Source: a virus (lineage: Duplodnaviria; Caudoviricetes). From it: a stretch of 64,000 nucleotides of DNA. This document shows positions 9,456-20,500 of this stretch, one piece after another. The stretch lies in the IMG/VR virus record IMGVR_UViG_3300026311_000012, positions 35,912 to 99,911 of that record, one strand, 5' to 3'. The position numbers and the translations under genes were made by a program. Within the stretch, counting starts at the first letter, position 1. Every line of letters starts with the position of its first letter. The notes beneath the pieces are model-generated. The model ran no database searches. It saw nothing but the letters and a program-made list of their open reading frames with translations, and was not told where the DNA came from.

Positions 9456-10000
9456 TAATGACAAAAGATATAGGAAATAAAGTTATGGTTAACAAAAGTA
9501 AATCTTATTTGTTACCACTATTAAATGAACATGTAAAAATAGAATATTTATATCTTTTAGAAAATACTTTTATTAATATCAAATCATATTTGGAATGTAT
9601 TGGGTTACTTTTCAAAATATCAGATGATATAAATTTTATAAGATATTGTAATAATTTGGAAGAACATCCTCTTTTTAAAGAATGTATATGTACTAAAAAT
9701 CATATGCTATTTGTTTTCCATTTCCCAGAACAATTTCTTAATGAATATAAGTATTTTAAACTAGGTAGATATTCAAGATTTTCGCATGATGCAAAGAAGA
9801 AAATAGTTAAGTTTTTTTCACATAATTATCAATACCCAGAACTTGTACAAGAGTTAGTACATATTCTTTATAAAAACCGTTCTAGAAAAGAAAGATTGGA
9901 AAAAGAATTGGGTATAATATTAACTGATGAAGATGAACTAACTAGTATTATAGACGAAGAAGAAGAAACATTTAAATCAGAAAATTATGAATATTTATGA
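9452..10000 (+). CDS. Hypothetical phage protein
   Basis: 182-aa ORF with overlaps on both sides. Confidence 0.8.
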   Translation: MIMTKDIGNKVMVNKSKSYLLPLLNEHVKIEYLYLLENTFINIKSYLECIGLLFKISDDINFIRYCNNLEEHPLFKECICTKNHMLFVFHFPEQFLNEYKYFKLGRYSRFSHDAKKKIVKFFSHNYQYPELVQELVHILYKNRSRKERLEKELGIILTDEDELTSIIDEEEETFKSENYEYL

Positions 10001-10217
10001 TATAAAGAGATGTCATGTATGCCATGGAGATAATTTAATTGAAACTCATCTTGTTATAGAAGATTTATTTGGTAATGTCTTTGAAAGACCTGTTAAAATT
10101 TGTAAAGATTGTGATACCATACATTATGTTCATAATAATTCTGTATTTTATGAATTTTCTTTAAAAGTAAATAAATCTTATAAACCAAAAGAAAAAATAA
10201 TTTATACAGATGAATGA
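9987..10217 (+). CDS. Small zinc-ribbon protein
   Basis: CHVC...CKDC pairs. Confidence 0.7.
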   Translation: MNIYDIKRCHVCHGDNLIETHLVIEDLFGNVFERPVKICKDCDTIHYVHNNSVFYEFSLKVNKSYKPKEKIIYTDE

Positions 10218-10419
10218 AGGTTATGAGTATAGTGGTACTTCTACTAGTAGTACTACATATAGCAATGAAGAAAATCTTTATTCATGGATTGGATATGAAG
10301 AATATCAATTTTACAATAGAATAAAAGATAGATATTTATTATATAGAATTGATCCATTTTTTGAAGAATCTAAATCAGATACATTAAAAAATAATACAAA
10401 ACTTTTAAAAATATTATGA
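10210..10419 (+). CDS. Small hypothetical protein
   Basis: Overlaps both neighbours; ends KLLKIL. Confidence 0.65.
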   Translation: MNEGYEYSGTSTSSTTYSNEENLYSWIGYEEYQFYNRIKDRYLLYRIDPFFEESKSDTLKNNTKLLKIL

Positions 10420-12773
10420 AGAATGCAATAGAGTGGTTTAATGGAGACGAGTTAGCAGCTCATGTGTGGAAGGATAAATATGCATTAAAAGGAATTGAAA
10501 AAACGCCAGATGATACAATTAGTAGAATAACAGATGAATTCTTCAGAATAGAACAAAAATATTCAAATTCATTATCTAGAGAAGAGATATACGAGTTGTT
10601 TAAAGGTTTTAAAAAGATAATTCCTGCTGGGTCACCTCTTTTTGGTATTGGAAATAATACTGCTATAACTTCTTTATCAAATTGTTATGTAGTAGATTCT
10701 CCTGTAGACTCATATGGAGGAATATTAAAAACTGATGAAGAGTTAGTTCAATTAATGAAACGTAGGGGAGGAGTTGGTGTAGATATTTCAACAATAAGGC
10801 CATCAGGAACCCATGTAAGCAACTCTGCTGGTACTTCTACAGGTATACTACCTTTTATGGATAGATATTCTAATTCAACAAAAGAAGTAGCTCAGGAAGG
10901 AAGACGTGGTGCATTAATCATTACTATAAGAGTTGATCATCCAGATATAAAACAATTTATTACGGCAAAAGATGATCTTACAAAAATTAATGGAGCTAAT
11001 ATTTCTATAAAGATTACAGATGAATTTATGAAAGCTGTTGAAGGTGATTATGGATATGAATTACATCATCCAAAACAGAAAGGAAAAAAACCAATTATTG
11101 TTAATGCTAGAGAAATCTTCAACTTAATAGTACATCAAGCTTGGAAATCAGCAGAACCAGGAGTATTATTTTGGGATAAAATAATTGAAGAATCTCCTGC
11201 AGATTCCTACTCTTATTTTAAAACCATATCTACAAATCCTTGTGCTGAATTACCACTTTGTGCTTATGACAGCTGTAGATTAATGCATATTAATGTTTAT
11301 GAATATGTAAAAAATCCATTTCAAAAATCTGCATATTTTGATATAGAATCTTATAAAGAAGATGTATATGCAGCGCAACGTTTAATGGATGATATGGTTG
11401 ATCTTGAAGAAGAAAAAATTAATAGTATATTAAAGAAGATTGAAAGTGATCCAGAAGATGCTGGGATTAAATTTAGAGAATTTCAATTATGGACAAAAAT
11501 AAAATCTAAATTAATTCATGGTCGTAGAACGGGATTAAATCCTTTACTTGGATTAGCTGATGCATTTGCTGCATTAAATTTAAAGTATGACTCAGATGAA
11601 GCTATAGCTGTAGGGGAAATGATAGCTGCTACTGCAGCAATAGAATCCTACAGATCTAGCATAAATTTGGCTCAGGAGCGAGGATCTTTTAAGGAGTGGA
11701 AGTATGATACAGAAATAGGAAATCCTTTCTTAGAACGAATATTTGATGCCTTATTTGAGAAATATCCTGAGTATGCTAATCTATATAGAGTATATGGAAG
11801 AAGAAATATAGCAAACTTAACAATTCCTCCATCTGGGTCTATAGCAATATTAGCACAAGTATCTTCTGGAATAGAACCTGTATTTAATTTATCTTATACT
11901 AGAAAAAGAAAAGTAAACCTTGAATATGATGGCAAAAAATTTCAGGATGCTAATGGTGAATGGTGGGAAGAATATACAGTGTATCATCCTAAATTTCAAA
12001 CTTGGAAGCTTCAACATAAAGAAGGTACATCACCATATGAAGGTGCCACAACAAATGAAATAAACCCTTTACAAAAAGTAAGACTTCAAGGAGTTATACA
12101 AAGATGGATTGATCATAGTATTAGTATTACCAATAATCTTCCTGAATCAGCTACAGAACAACAAGTAGCTGATATTTATATGGAAGCTTGGAAAACAGGA
12201 TGTAAGGGATGTACAATATATAGAGAAGGTTCTAGAGAAGGTATTCTTACTAATAAAAAGAAAATTGTATTTGAACAATATGATGCACCAAAACGTCCAA
12301 AAGTTCTTCCACATAATATATATAATGTTGTTTCAAAAGGACAAAAATGGACTATATGTGTTGGATTATTAGATCATAAACCATATGAAGTATTTGCTTT
12401 AAATCATTTAAATTTAAGTGGTAGATTAGATGGAGATATAATTAAACAATCAAAAGGTAAATATGATTTGAATATAAAAGATATAGGATATTTTGAAAAT
12501 ATAACACAAAATTGTTCAGATGAAGAAAATCTTTTAACTAGAATGATTTCTACATCCCTTAGACATGGAGCAAATATACAATTTGTTGTAGACCAACTTG
12601 ATAAATCAAAAGGAGATATTACATCTTTTGGTAAAGCTATTTCAAGAATTCTCAAAAAGTATACAATTCCTACAGTTAGTAAAGAATTATGTCCTGTATG
12701 TAGTCATAATTATTTAATATACGAAGGAGGTTGCTCTATATGTCCTAATTGTGGATATAGTAGATGTTCATAA
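10416..12773 (+). CDS. nrdJ: Class II (adenosylcobalamin-dependent) ribonucleotide reductase
   Basis: SNCYV, RRGA, TNPCAELPL, IDHSIS, KGCTIYR, KRPKVL domain, C-terminal CPVC...CPNCGYSRC; no adjacent beta subunit gene. Confidence 0.93.
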   Translation: MKNAIEWFNGDELAAHVWKDKYALKGIEKTPDDTISRITDEFFRIEQKYSNSLSREEIYELFKGFKKIIPAGSPLFGIGNNTAITSLSNCYVVDSPVDSYGGILKTDEELVQLMKRRGGVGVDISTIRPSGTHVSNSAGTSTGILPFMDRYSNSTKEVAQEGRRGALIITIRVDHPDIKQFITAKDDLTKINGANISIKITDEFMKAVEGDYGYELHHPKQKGKKPIIVNAREIFNLIVHQAWKSAEPGVLFWDKIIEESPADSYSYFKTISTNPCAELPLCAYDSCRLMHINVYEYVKNPFQKSAYFDIESYKEDVYAAQRLMDDMVDLEEEKINSILKKIESDPEDAGIKFREFQLWTKIKSKLIHGRRTGLNPLLGLADAFAALNLKYDSDEAIAVGEMIAATAAIESYRSSINLAQERGSFKEWKYDTEIGNPFLERIFDALFEKYPEYANLYRVYGRRNIANLTIPPSGSIAILAQVSSGIEPVFNLSYTRKRKVNLEYDGKKFQDANGEWWEEYTVYHPKFQTWKLQHKEGTSPYEGATTNEINPLQKVRLQGVIQRWIDHSISITNNLPESATEQQVADIYMEAWKTGCKGCTIYREGSREGILTNKKKIVFEQYDAPKRPKVLPHNIYNVVSKGQKWTICVGLLDHKPYEVFALNHLNLSGRLDGDIIKQSKGKYDLNIKDIGYFENITQNCSDEENLLTRMISTSLRHGANIQFVVDQLDKSKGDITSFGKAISRILKKYTIPTVSKELCPVCSHNYLIYEGGCSICPNCGYSRCS

Positions 12774-12838
12774 ATAATATAAATATGACAAAAAAAATAA
12801 CATTTAAAGATATTACAAATAAAATAAAATAACAGCCT

Positions 12839-13420
12839 ATGCGTATAAAACACTTATTGTTGACATTAGTTATTGTATCAATATCTTTTAATCTACATGC
12901 CCCAATTAGAGTTGTCGACATTACAGAAGAAATAGAAATGTACAATAAAGTACAAAAAGAAAATAAATATTTTAAACTCTATAAAGAGTCATTAATTGTC
13001 TTGAAAGAGTTTGAAGGATTTAGTCTAACTTCGTATATTGATGTCAATGGTAAGTCTATAGGATACGGTCATCACATACAAAAATACGAAAATATTCCCA
13101 ATATTATTACTGAAGAATATGCAGAAATATTATTAAGAATTGATTTTGAACATGCAATAAGTACTGTTGAGCAACTTACCGAACTTGATAGATTTAATAA
13201 TCCAGAAAAAGTATTAGCATTAGCTCACTTTGTTTATAATCTAGGATCTGGTAATTTTGCCAACAGTACTTTATTACAAAATGTTAAAAATAATAAATGC
13301 ATAGCTTCAGAAATTATTAAATGGACTAAAATAAAAGTAGATAATACTATTATATATAGTAATCACTTATATAAAAGAAGACTTTATGAATTAATGTTAT
13401 ACCAAAATGACCAGATATAA
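12839..13420 (+). CDS. Phage lysozyme (GH24-like) with N-terminal signal/anchor
   Basis: E-x8-D then SIGYGH, FVYNLGSGNF..STLL, KW, RR..E; hydrophobic N-terminus. Confidence 0.88.
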   Translation: MRIKHLLLTLVIVSISFNLHAPIRVVDITEEIEMYNKVQKENKYFKLYKESLIVLKEFEGFSLTSYIDVNGKSIGYGHHIQKYENIPNIITEEYAEILLRIDFEHAISTVEQLTELDRFNNPEKVLALAHFVYNLGSGNFANSTLLQNVKNNKCIASEIIKWTKIKVDNTIIYSNHLYKRRLYELMLYQNDQI

Positions 13421-13640
13421 AAAGAATGATGAAGTAAAAATCATAAATAATACGGTAGGTCATGGATTTAAAAACGGAGAAATTGTAAAAATAACTCATG
13501 TAGATAAATATTATAATTATCGTACTAAAAAAACAATAGATGAATATGTAGCTACAAGCTTAAAATCTGGAGAAAGGTATTGGATTCATAATGATGATGT
13601 TACTCCAACAAATGTATGTAAAAAGTTGAAAATATTATGA
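13407..13640 (+). CDS. Small SH3-like hypothetical protein
   Basis: YKKNDEVKI...HGFKNGEIVKI...YWIHNDDV. Confidence 0.7.
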   Translation: MTRYKKNDEVKIINNTVGHGFKNGEIVKITHVDKYYNYRTKKTIDEYVATSLKSGERYWIHNDDVTPTNVCKKLKIL

Positions 13641-15493
13641 CACTGTGGTTTTATGATTTGGAAGTATTAGGAAAATCATTTTTTTCAGGAACATTTATAA
13701 ATTCTAAAACAAATGAATTAGTCCAATTATATAAATTAAATGATACAGAATATAATCTAGATAAATTATCTTATTTTACAAATGAAGCGTTTTTAATAGG
13801 GTACAATAATAAAATGTATGATGATCCTATTATGAATATGATTAGAAAAGAAGGAGTTAATACTAATAAGATATATGAACTATCTCAAGAATTGATTAAT
13901 TCACAAAGAACTGGTATACCTGTATGGAAAAATGATAAAATACTTCCTTATCTAAGATATGGTGTTAAGTCATTAGATTTAATGAAAATTTTAGCATTTG
14001 ATAAGCAAAAGGTGAGTCTTAAACAATGTGCAGTAAATCTGCATCATCCAATCATACAAGATCTCCCTTTTGCTTATAATTATGATCCTCTTCCTGAAGA
14101 TATACCTACTATCCTTAAATATAATAAAAATGATGTAGATATTACTATTCGATTATTCAAATCTATTAAAGAAGAAATTGAATTAAGAATAGATTATTCT
14201 AATGAATATAGAGTAGATGTATTAAATGCATCTAGAACATATATAGGAAAACAAACTTTAAATAATTATTACGAAAAGCATACTGGGTTAACTATTTGGG
14301 ATTTTAAAGATAAACGTACACATCGTAGTATAATTCATGTAGGCGAATGTATTTCTGATAAAATAGTGTTTAAGTCAAAAGAAATGAACACTATGCTTGA
14401 TTATTTTAAAAAATACTCTGTTAAACAAATAGATGATGGTATAAATTATCTTGTTTTGTTTAATAACAAAGGTTATCAAATGGGTTTTGGAGGACTTCAT
14501 TCTGTTGATAGACCTAAAATATATACATCTACTGATGATTTATATATACTCGATGGAGACGTCGATTCATATTATCCAAATGTAATGTTAAAGTATAAAA
14601 TTAAACCAGCGCATGTAGAAAACGAATTTTTTGAAGCTCTCCAAATAATAACAGATAAACGATTAAAAGCAAAAGCTGAAAAGGATAAAATAACGGCAGA
14701 TACATTAAAAATTACTGTTAATTCTATATTTGGTCTTTTAAATTTTCCTAATTATTGGTTATATGATCCTAAAGCTGCTCTTTCTGTTACAATAAATGGG
14801 CAAATGTTTTTATTAATGTTAATTGAAGCACTAGAGTTAGAAGGTTTTGAAGTAATTTCTGCAAATACTGATGGTGTTACTACAATAGTACCAAAGGATA
14901 GATTTTATCAATATAAAGAAGTATGTAGAAAATGGGAAGAATACTGCAAGTTTAATCTATCTTTTACAAAATATTTAAAATATATACGAAGAGACGTTAA
15001 TAATTATGTTAGTGAATCTGAATATGATATAAAACAAAAGGGATGCTTTCTAGCTAAACAAAAATTAGATAAAGGATATAACACCGCAATAATACCTAAA
15101 GCTTTAAATAATTATTTTCTTAAAGGAATTCCTGTAGAAGAAACAATAACATCTGGTACAGATATATTTGACTATTGTTTAAGTGAAAAAACAGGATCAC
15201 AATTTGTAATGGAGTATCATTACTTAGATGGAGATCAAAAAATAATCCAACGTTTACAAAAAACTAATAGATTTTTTATATCCAAATCTGGTGGTACTTT
15301 AATGAAACATAAAAACGATGATACTTATCATAATGCAGCACTTGGTTGGACTGTAACATTATTAAATGTTTATGAAGAAGATAAGTTAAAAGAGTATTTA
15401 AGTAATATAGATTACAAATATTATGTTTCAGAAGCTAGAAAAATAATCGAACAAATAGAAGAAAAACAATTAACATTAGATATATGGAAATAG
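13637..15493 (+). CDS. polB: DNA polymerase family B (crAss-type)
   Basis: Exo motifs DLE, GYNN..YD, YNKND; polymerase motifs DVDSYYP, KITVNSIFG, NTDG. Confidence 0.93.
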   Translation: MTLWFYDLEVLGKSFFSGTFINSKTNELVQLYKLNDTEYNLDKLSYFTNEAFLIGYNNKMYDDPIMNMIRKEGVNTNKIYELSQELINSQRTGIPVWKNDKILPYLRYGVKSLDLMKILAFDKQKVSLKQCAVNLHHPIIQDLPFAYNYDPLPEDIPTILKYNKNDVDITIRLFKSIKEEIELRIDYSNEYRVDVLNASRTYIGKQTLNNYYEKHTGLTIWDFKDKRTHRSIIHVGECISDKIVFKSKEMNTMLDYFKKYSVKQIDDGINYLVLFNNKGYQMGFGGLHSVDRPKIYTSTDDLYILDGDVDSYYPNVMLKYKIKPAHVENEFFEALQIITDKRLKAKAEKDKITADTLKITVNSIFGLLNFPNYWLYDPKAALSVTINGQMFLLMLIEALELEGFEVISANTDGVTTIVPKDRFYQYKEVCRKWEEYCKFNLSFTKYLKYIRRDVNNYVSESEYDIKQKGCFLAKQKLDKGYNTAIIPKALNNYFLKGIPVEETITSGTDIFDYCLSEKTGSQFVMEYHYLDGDQKIIQRLQKTNRFFISKSGGTLMKHKNDDTYHNAALGWTVTLLNVYEEDKLKEYLSNIDYKYYVSEARKIIEQIEEKQLTLDIWK

Positions 15494-15999
15494 GTGATAA
15501 AGTTAAATTTAATATACATGTTCCAATCTCTGAAGATGGTAATACAAAATTAATAGATACTATTATTACTCATAGGTTAATAGATATTTCAACAAATGAA
15601 GAACAAAGTATTACTAGAAAGGTAAAAGTATCTCCTTGGAATATTACACAAACTGACTCAACAGTATCATGGAATATTAAAAAAATAAAAATACCGGAAA
15701 AAGAAGGAATATATATCGGATCATTAAGAAAAAAATTATCAAGATCTTATAAACGCAGAATACAATCTAGTATAACTGATACTCCAGTAACTCCAGGGAT
15801 TGGAAATCGGTTGTTTGAAGTTGAAGGGGTATCTCGTCCAAGACCCAGAAATTGGACTTCTAGAAATCCTAGAAGAATAGATAATCCAAATAAATTAGAC
15901 GAACTTGCTATAATTGCAGTATCTAAAAGTAAAAGATATGTTGTAGATATGAAAGATCTTGTCGAATACAATATAAAAAATAAAGTAAAAATAATATGA
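15484..15999 (+). CDS. Hypothetical protein with Arg/Pro-rich segment
   Basis: MEIGDKVKF start; overlaps neighbours. Confidence 0.75.
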   Translation: MEIGDKVKFNIHVPISEDGNTKLIDTIITHRLIDISTNEEQSITRKVKVSPWNITQTDSTVSWNIKKIKIPEKEGIYIGSLRKKLSRSYKRRIQSSITDTPVTPGIGNRLFEVEGVSRPRPRNWTSRNPRRIDNPNKLDELAIIAVSKSKRYVVDMKDLVEYNIKNKVKII

Positions 16000-16601
16000 A
16001 AACTATAAATATTGAAGACTCTAGTAAATTATACTTTACATCGGATTTACATTTTGGTCATGATAGAATAATAGAATATTGCAATAGACCATTTAGTTCA
16101 GTTCATGAAATGAACAAAACTTTAACCAATAATTGGAATAGTGTAGTTGGACCTGATGATACTATAATAATAGCTGGAGATTTTTGTTTGGCCGGAAAAC
16201 AGATGTGGGGTAAATATTTAAATCATCTAAATGGAATAAAAATATTAGTTGAAGGAAATCACGATCATAGGGTTCCAGAAGAATATTTTAAATTAGTAAC
16301 TCAATTATTAAATTTAGATGTTTTAGATGTTGAAACTAATAAAAGACAAAGAATTACTGTATGCCACTATGCTATGTTATCTTGGTATCAATCGCATAGA
16401 GGAGCATGGCAATTATTTGGCCACTGGCATGGGAAAAGTCTTATAAATTCAGATAGAACAGATATTAAAGATTTTATTAAAGAGGAACAAACACAAGTAA
16501 CAAAAGTTAATTATTCCCGACAATATGATGTAGGAGTAGATAATAATAATTATTACCCAATTTCTTACAAAGATATTAAAACTATACTAAATAAAAGCTA
16601 A
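15996..16601 (+). CDS. Calcineurin-like metallophosphoesterase
   Basis: SDLHFGH, GDF, GNHD, HY, GHWH. Confidence 0.92.
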   Translation: MKTINIEDSSKLYFTSDLHFGHDRIIEYCNRPFSSVHEMNKTLTNNWNSVVGPDDTIIIAGDFCLAGKQMWGKYLNHLNGIKILVEGNHDHRVPEEYFKLVTQLLNLDVLDVETNKRQRITVCHYAMLSWYQSHRGAWQLFGHWHGKSLINSDRTDIKDFIKEEQTQVTKVNYSRQYDVGVDNNNYYPISYKDIKTILNKS

Positions 16602-17332
16602 TGGAAAAAATATTAACAATAGGAGATATACATGGAAAAGATGTATGGAAAAAATTGACATTAGATACGTATGATAAAGTCGTATTTATTGGGGATTATG
16701 TAGATGCTTTTGATATATCAGACGATCAAATGGTTAATAATTTACTTGATATTATTGAATTTAAAAAAAGTAATCCTCATAATATTATATTATTAATTGG
16801 AAATCACGAATTAAATTATTTTCCTAAGTTTGGATATAAGTTTTATGGGAGGAGTAGTGGATTTAGACCTCAATTAGAAAATGTTTTAAAAGACATCTTT
16901 GCAAAAAATATTAGATTATTTCAATATGCTTATCAATTATCAGATGATGTGAGAATATATCTTTGGACACATGCTGGAGTAAGCAATGGATGGTATCATA
17001 AGGTATTCAAAACACAATTTGATTCAATAAACACAGTAATAGAGGACTCTATGAATTTAGCTGATAGAATGAATTTGTTGTTTGAAGAAAGATTTGATTG
17101 TATGACACAGGTAGGGTGGAAACGTGGAGGACAATATAAATATGGTTCTCCAATATGGGCTGACAAAAGTGAATTTTTATCAACAAGTATTCCTTTACGT
17201 GGATACTATCAGATTGTAGGACATAATCCTGTTAAAGATATTAAAATACATATGGTAGACGATGATGCTACAATAGTATTTACTGATTGTCTGGGTAATA
17301 AAGAAAAAGGTTATATTATAAAAGTAACTTAA
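16601..17332 (+). CDS. Calcineurin-like metallophosphoesterase (protein phosphatase-like)
   Basis: GDIHG, GDYVD, GNHE, HAG, GHNP. Confidence 0.92.
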   Translation: MEKILTIGDIHGKDVWKKLTLDTYDKVVFIGDYVDAFDISDDQMVNNLLDIIEFKKSNPHNIILLIGNHELNYFPKFGYKFYGRSSGFRPQLENVLKDIFAKNIRLFQYAYQLSDDVRIYLWTHAGVSNGWYHKVFKTQFDSINTVIEDSMNLADRMNLLFEERFDCMTQVGWKRGGQYKYGSPIWADKSEFLSTSIPLRGYYQIVGHNPVKDIKIHMVDDDATIVFTDCLGNKEKGYIIKVT

Positions 17333-17337
17333 ATAAC

Positions 17338-17529
17338 ATGAGAATAATTAGAAAATGTCCCATTTGTAAATCTACTGATTTAGAATATTTGGCAAGAGCG
17401 AAATGGAATGAAAGTGAACAAAAATTTGAAATAATATATGTGGAAGATGGTTATCCATATTGTCCAAATTGTGGAGAACACATAAATGAAGATATAATAG
17501 AAATAACTAATTTAGTAAAAGTTTTATAA
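17338..17529 (+). CDS. Small zinc-ribbon protein
   Basis: CPIC...CPNC. Confidence 0.75.
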   Translation: MRIIRKCPICKSTDLEYLARAKWNESEQKFEIIYVEDGYPYCPNCGEHINEDIIEITNLVKVL

Positions 17530-17554
17530 AATATAACATTTTTCAATTTTAATT

Positions 17555-17597
17555 AAAAAGAGAGAGGGAAGACTTCACACACCTTCCCTCTTTTATT
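17555..17597. terminator. Bidirectional intrinsic terminator at the convergence of the two arms
   Basis: gagggaag/cttccctc stem with an A-run on the left and a T-run on the right, between convergent genes. Confidence 0.8.
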
Positions 17598-20500
17598 TAT
17601 TGTGCTATAACTGGAGTATATGGTGATTTTTTGTATTCATCGAAAATTTCAAATACTCTACCTAATTGTGAACCACCAGGTATCCATTGCATAAAATAAT
17701 AAAAAGATGGTGTTTTATCTTGAGGAGAGTTTTCTCCACGAGCCCAGTCTCTCATCTCATCAGAAAAGTTTCTTATACTTTTTTCAGTAAGACTTAACAA
17801 GGATGCAATAGGAACAGGGTTAGCTACTAATTTTAAAAATTCACTCGGTGTCCACATAAAAGCAAGTTCTGATTCAGCTTTTGTAAGAATTTTATACAGG
17901 TTTCTAGTAAAAATATTACTCATATATCTTTTTTCACCATCGTCTCCTTCGCCACCAAGTAGTACAATAAGTCCAATAAATCCTAATATAACACGTAATT
18001 CTACTAATACGGCTTTCATTTGTCCCTGTTTAACTTCAAGAAAATCTTCAAAAGTTGTTTTATCAATCATATCAGGATTCTGTGCTAACCAATTTTGGTA
18101 TTTCAAAAGAGCTCTTTCTCTATTAACTCTTTCAAATCCAAACACTCCATATTTATTTAAAAGACCAAATGTTGTTAAATCCGCAACAAGTTTACCTATT
18201 TCTGGTATTAATACTTTTTTAGTAAACTTAAACATTTGTGCTGTAAATTTAACATCTTCTTCAGTAAGATCATATCTTTTAAATTGATCAACAAGAGCTG
18301 CAAATCTACCCCATCTCATTGCTCTTAAATCATCATCAAAACGAAGTTTACCAGTACGTTCTCTAACAACACCTGGCATCCAAGTTTTGAACTGCATCAT
18401 AATATTTTGAGTAAGAGATATATCAGTAGCAGAAATATCTTCTGGGTTCATATTACCTATAACTCCAGAAGCTGTAGTTTTTATAGCATTTCTAAAAGAG
18501 ATAAATGCTTCTTTGGTCATATTTATTTTAACCTCACCAGTAGCAGGATCTACTTCAAATGCTTCAGCTATTGGAGTATACAATGATGCATCTACGCCTG
18601 GTCTGTTTAACCGTTCTATGTTGCCTTCAGAATCAACTCCAAAGTTATGCATCATTGCTACAGTAATGTGATTCATTATCTTTTTATCTGCTTCACGAAG
18701 AGGCCAGAATGCTGCACGTTCTGAGATAAGTTTTCTTTTTGCAGTTGCAGATTTTGCTCTAAATGTTCTCTCATAAGCATCATCATTATAAGGATCAAAA
18801 TATTCAATAGATGCTAAATATTTTTTAGGATGGGTTATAAGTTCCCATTGGGCTTGTCTCCATTGCTTTTCATCATAGGATATTCCTTTTTTACTTTCAA
18901 AGTAAGTACCTATTTTACCAGCAGTAAGAGCACCAGCAGCAGGAATAACAGCAAAGCCAAGTCGTACTATTCCATGATAGTTTTTAATTTTGACAAGAGC
19001 TTTAGTTGTATTATAATTCTCAGACAAACTTTTTACTTTATACTTTATTCCATACATATAAAAATCTGTAAAATCTTCAAGTAATCTATAAGTATCAGTA
19101 TTAAATCCCTTTTTTGTTAAGAATTCTTGTATTTTTCCTTTAACAGGCTTACCTCTTTGATCAGTAACAGCCAATTTTTCATATTCTGATATTGGATGAG
19201 CCAATAAAAGCTTTATAGCACGTATTTTAGGCTCTATGTTATTTACATGTTCATAATTAAGAGCCATTTCAGTAAACATTAATAAAGATGCTGTAAGATC
19301 GTATGACTTTCGTTCATTATCTATATTTCCATCTTTATCTCTAAAAGGATTAAGATACATTATACGTATCTTTTTTACGGGTTCTCCAGTAGTTTCATCT
19401 ATCTCAGTTAAATAAGAATCATCTTCTCTAGTGTTAAAAGAGTCCATAAATTCATTAATAGCGGCTCCAAAATGTAACCCGTCTTTTGCAAAGTGTTCTA
19501 TAATTTCTTTTCTTACATTTGGTATAAATTCTGGACGTATATCTTCATATGGAGACATTCCTATTTTTTTAGTAAGAATAGGAATATATTTTGTCCACAT
19601 GTCATAATAATCAGATAATGCTTTATTAGCTTTTATATATTTGTATTCTTCAGATAGATTTTTTTCAAATATTTCAGGTTTTATTTCACACCAACGTCTA
19701 ATAGTATATTTATTAGTCCATGCTGAATTAAGAGATAAATCATTAGATTCTATCCATTTTCTTAATTGATCTTCATATCTGGTTTTAAATACCTCTGCAG
19801 AAGTTGTTATTTCTCCATCCTCTTCAAGATCTTCAAGATTATTATTTTTAGCTTTTAATTCTTTTTTCTTTTCTTCTAACAGTTCTGCATATTCTTTAGC
19901 CTGTTTTTCTTTATCTTTTATCTGATAGATTTCTTTTGATTTTTGATAACTTATTTTTGTAGGATCATGAAATAAATCATATAGTGTTTGTCTAAATTCT
20001 TTATTTAATTTAGAATGAAGTGCCCCATTTTCTGGATTAATTAGCTTTCTATAAGCACTCATCCTATCTATATTATTAGCATTAGCCCATTTAAATAACT
20101 CTTCGGTTATTGACCATACTTCTTTAGTTATTTTTTCAAATTCTTTCTTTTTGTCATATTGATAAGACTGAATTAATTTCCAAGCTTCTTTAAAAATTGG
20201 ATTATCTATTTCTGAAAAATGTAAAGTTCTAGAATCTAACCATTTTAATTCTTCGAGGGTTTTTAAAGAACCATCAGGATTATACATAGATGTTTTCATT
20301 TCACTCATTATCATCTCTTGAATTCTCTTTGATACTTCATAGGAATATCTCCCTATTCGGTTATCTATTTTTATGAAACGAGCATCTATTTTTTTGAATT
20401 CTTCTGGGTTTGTCTTTTTTAAATCAGCAAAGTATGTTTGTGTTTGGTCAGATATATTTGCATATACAGATAACCACTCTAAATACTTTAACATCTCTCC

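Noticed and set aside
12785-12832. 15-codon ORF MTKKITFKDITNKIK between nrdJ and the lysozyme gene
   Set aside because: Too short and low-complexity to support without translation data.
325-17529. K-x-K-I-L endings as type IX secretion C-terminal signals
   Set aside because: The proteins are tiny and lack both signal peptides and the ~70-aa CTD domain.
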